A stretch of DNA of 64,000 bases from Squalus acanthias. Lineage: Eukaryota. The DNA is taken from contig CM059438.1 in NCBI GenBank assembly GCA_030390025.1, positions 59,460,001 through 59,524,000 of the forward strand, read 5' to 3'. A program made the position numbers and the translations under genes. Every line of letters begins with the position of its first letter. Position 1 is the stretch's first letter. Shown piece by piece: positions 60,401 to 64,000 of the stretch. The notes beneath the pieces are model-generated. The model searched no databases. It was given only the letters and a program-made list of their open reading frames with translations, and had not been told where the DNA came from.

Positions 60401-63400
60401 GAGTCAGTGTTTGTGGAACTGTACCCCAGTGAGAGTCAGTGTCTGTGGAACTGTACCCCAGTGAGAGTCAGTGTCTGTAGAACTGTAGCCCAGTGAGAGT
60501 TAGGGCCTGTGGAACTGTACCCCAGTGAGAGTCAGTGTCTTTGGAACTGTACCCCAGTGAGAGTCAGGGCCTGTGGAACTGTACCCCAGTGAGAGTCAGT
60601 GTTTGTGGCACTGTACCCCAGTGAGAGTCAGTGTCTGTGGAACTGTACGCCAGTGAGAGTCAGTGTTTGTGGAACTGTACCCCAGTGAGAATCAGTGTCT
60701 GTGGAACTGTACCCCAGTGAGAGTCAGTGTTTGTGGAACTGTACCCCAGTGAGAGTCAGTGTCTGTGGAACTGTACCCCAGTGAGAGTCAGGGCCTGTGG
60801 AACTGTACCCCAGTGAGAGTCAGGGCCTGTGGAACTGTACCCCAGTGAGAGTCAGTGCCTGTGGAACTGTACCCCAGTGAGAGTCAGGGCCTGTGGAACT
60901 GTACCCCAGTGAGAGTCAGTGTCTCTGGAACTGTACCCCAGTGAGAGTCAGGGCCTGTGGAACTGTACCCCAGTGAGATTCAGCATGTGTGTAACTTTAC
61001 CCCAGTGAGAGTCATGTCTGTGGTGTGGAACTGTACCCCAGTGACAGTCAGGGCCTGTGGAACTGTACCCCAGTGAGAGTCAGTGCCTGTGGAACTGTAC
61101 ACCAGTGAGATTCAGCGTGTGTGTAACTTTACCCCAGTGAGAGTCGTGCCTGTGGAACTGTACCCCAGTGACAGTCAGGGCCTGTGGAACTGTACCCCAG
61201 TGAGAGTCAGGGCCTGTGGAACTGTACCCCAGTGAGAGTCAGGGCCAGTGGAACTGTACCCCAGTGAGAGTCAGGGCCTGTGGAACTGTACCCCAGTGAG
61301 AGTCAGTGTCTGTGGAACTGTACCCCAGTGAGAGTCAGGGCCTGTGGAACTGTACCCCAGTGAGAGTCAGTGTCTCTGGAACTGTACTCCAGTGAGAGTC
61401 AGGGCCTGTGGAACTGTACCCCAGTGAGATTCAGCGTGTGTGTAACTTTACCCCAGTGAGAGTCGTGCCTGTGGTGTGGAACTGTACCCCAGTGAGAGTC
61501 AGTGCCTGCGGAACTGTACCCCAGTAAGGAGTCAGCATCTGTGGAACTGTACCCCAGTGAGAGTCAGCATATGTGGAACTGTACCCCAGTAAGGAGTCAG
61601 CATCTGTGGAACTGAGCCCCAGTGTGAGTCAGTACCTGTGGAACTGTACCCCAGTGAGAGTCAGTGCCTGTGGAACTGTACCCCAGTGAATGTCAGTGTC
61701 TGTGGAACTGTACCCCAGTGAGAGTCAGTGTTTGTGGAACTGTACCCCAGTGAGAGTCAGTGTTTGTGGAACTCTACCCTAGTGAGAGTCAGTGTCTGTG
61801 GAACTGCACACCAGTGAGAGTCAGTGCCTGTGGAACTGTACCCCAGTGAGAGTCAGGGCCTGTGGAACTGTACCCCAGTGAGAGTCAGGGCCTGTGGAAC
61901 TGTACCCCAGTGAGAGTCAGGGCATGTGGAACTGTACCCCAGTGAGAGTCAGTGCCTGTGGAACTGTACCCCAGTGAGATTCAGCGTGTGTGGCACTTTA
62001 CCCCAGTGAGAGTCGTGCCTGTGGAACTGTACTCCAGTGAGAGTCAGGGCCTGTGCAACTGTACCCCAGTGAGAGTCAGGGCCTGTGGAACTGTACCCCA
62101 GTGAGAGTCAGGGCCTGTGGAACTGTGCGCCAGTGAGTGTCAGTGTCTGTGGAACGGTACGCCAGTGAGAATCAGTGTTTGTGGAACTGTACCCCAGTGA
62201 GAGTCAGTGTCTGTGGAACTGTACCTCAGTGAGAGTCAGGGCCTGTGGAACTGTACCCCAGTGAGAGTCAGGGCCTGTGGAACTGTACCCCAGTGGGAGT
62301 CAGTGTCTGTGGAACTGTACCCCAGTGAGAGTCAGGGCCTGTGGAACTGTACCCCAGTGAGAGTCAGTGCCTGTTGAACAGTACCCCAGTGAGAGTCAGG
62401 GCCTGTGGAACTGTACCCCAGTGAGAGTCAGTGTCTGTGGAACAGTACCCCAGTGAGAATCAGTGTCTGTGGAACTGTACCCCAGTGAGAGTTAGTGTTT
62501 GTGGAACTGTACCCCAGTGAGAGTCAGGGCCTGTGGAACTGTACCCCAGTGAGAGTCGTGCCTCTGGAACTGCACCCCAGTGAGAGTCAGGGCCTGTGGA
62601 ACTGCACCCCAGTGAGAGTCAGGGCCTGTGGAACTGAACCCCAGTGAGAATCAGAGTCTGTGGAACTGTACCCCAGTGAGAGTCAGGGCCTGTGGAACTG
62701 TACCCCAATGAGAGTCAGGGCCTGTGGAACTGTACCCCAATGAGAGTCAGTTTCTGTGGAACTGTACCCCAGTGAGAGTCAGGGACTGTGGAACTGTACC
62801 CCAGTGAGATTCAGCGTGTGTGGAACTTTACCCCAGTGAGAGTTGTGCCTGTGAAACTGTACCCCAGTGAGAGTCAGGGCCTGTGGAACTGTACCCCAGT
62901 GAGAGTCAGTGTCTTTAGAACTGTACGCCAGTGAGAGTCAGTGTTTGTGGAACTGTACCCCAGTGAGAGTCAGTGTCTGTGGAACTGTACCCCAGTGAGA
63001 GTCAGTGTCTGTAGAACTGTAGCCCAGTGAGAGTTAGGGCCTGTGGAACTGTACCCCAGTGAGAGTCAGTGTCTTTGGAACTGTACCCCAGTGAGAGTCA
63101 GGGCCTGTGGAACTGTACCCCAGTGAGAGTCAGTGTTTGTGGCACTGTACCCCAGTGAGAGTCAGTGTCTGTGGAACTGTACGCCAGTGAGAGTCAGTGT
63201 TTGTGGAACTGTACCCCAGTGAGAATCAGTGTCTGTGGAACTGTACCCCAGTGAGAGTCAGTGTTTGTGGAACTGTACCCCAGTGAGAGTCAGTGTCTGT
63301 GGAACTGTACCCCAGTGAGAGTCAGTGTCTGTGGAACTGTAGCCCAGTGAGAGTTAGGGCCTGTGGAACTGTACCCCAGTGAGAGTCAGTGTCTTTGGAA

Positions 63401-64000
63401 CTGTACCCCAGTGAGAGTCAGGGCCTGTGGAACTGTACCCCAGTGAGAGTCAGTGTTTGTGGAACTGTACCCCAGTGAGAGTCAGTGTCTGTGGAACTGT
63501 ACACCAGTGAGAGTCAGTGTTTGTGGAACTGTACCCCAGAGAGAGTCAGTGTCTGTGGAACTGTACCCCAGTGAGAGTCAGTGTTTGTGGAATTGTACCC
63601 CAGTGAGAGTTAGGGCCTGTGGAATTGTACCCCAGTGAGAGTTAGGGCCTGTGGAACTGTACCCCAGTGAGAGTCAGTGTCTTTGGAACTGTACCCCAGT
63701 GAGAGTCAGTGTTTGTGGAACTGTACCCCAGTGAGAGTCAGTGTTTGTGGAACTGTACCCCAGTGAGAGTCAGTGTCTGTGGAACTGTACCCCAGTGAGA
63801 GTCAGTGTTTGTGGAACTGTACCGCAGTGAGAGTCAGTGTTTGTGGAACTGTACCCCAGTGAGAGTCAGTGTCTGTGGAACTGTACCCTAGTGAGAGTCA
63901 GGATTTGTGTAACTGTACCCCAGTAAGGTGTCAGCATCTGTGGAAATGCACCCCAGTGTGAGTCAGTGCCTGTGAACTGCACCCCAGTAAGGAGTCAGTG
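42441..64000. repeat. Satellite DNA, 32-bp monomer CTGTGGAACTGTACCCCAGTGAGAGTCAG(G/T)G(C/T), ~670 copies, with higher-order repeats
   Basis: Continuous array to the window end; variant monomers recur in a conserved order. Confidence 0.98.

Noticed and set aside
42441..64000. CRISPR-like 32-bp repeat array
   Set aside because: Units are directly adjacent with no unique spacers, there are no cas genes, and the context is eukaryotic

Overview
Eukaryotic, essentially gene-free, transposon-saturated DNA. The repeat families (esterase-ORF1 CR1 LINEs, Deu-domain tRNA SINEs, Penelope-like elements, GC-rich Harbinger MITEs) point to a cartilaginous fish, probably a shark (inference). Positions 1-42240 are a mosaic of nested elements; after a 200-N gap, 42441-64000 is a 32-bp satellite with higher-order structure. 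Highlights: (i) a TSD-bounded, internally deleted LTR element (24662-32227) with a tRNA-Arg PBS, coiled-coil/CCHC gag, an in-frame gag-TGA CTAG-protease readthrough junction, a retrovirus-type RNase H tail and a signal-peptide/Ig-like ORF in the env position (retrovirus/lokiretrovirus-like rather than plain Gypsy); (ii) a five-level nest (Penelope > CR1 > CR1 > LTR > MITEs) resolved by TSDs; (iii) a Penelope element with inverted terminal repeats, each carrying a minimal hammerhead ribozyme; (iv) a Harbinger-type MITE family with covarying hairpins, promoter-like motifs and clustered splice donors; (v) a 33-bp minisatellite that arose inside a SINE. Nearly all long ORFs in the track are TE-derived or repeat artefacts. 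Coordinates were read by eye; family names are recognised from motifs, not from database searches.
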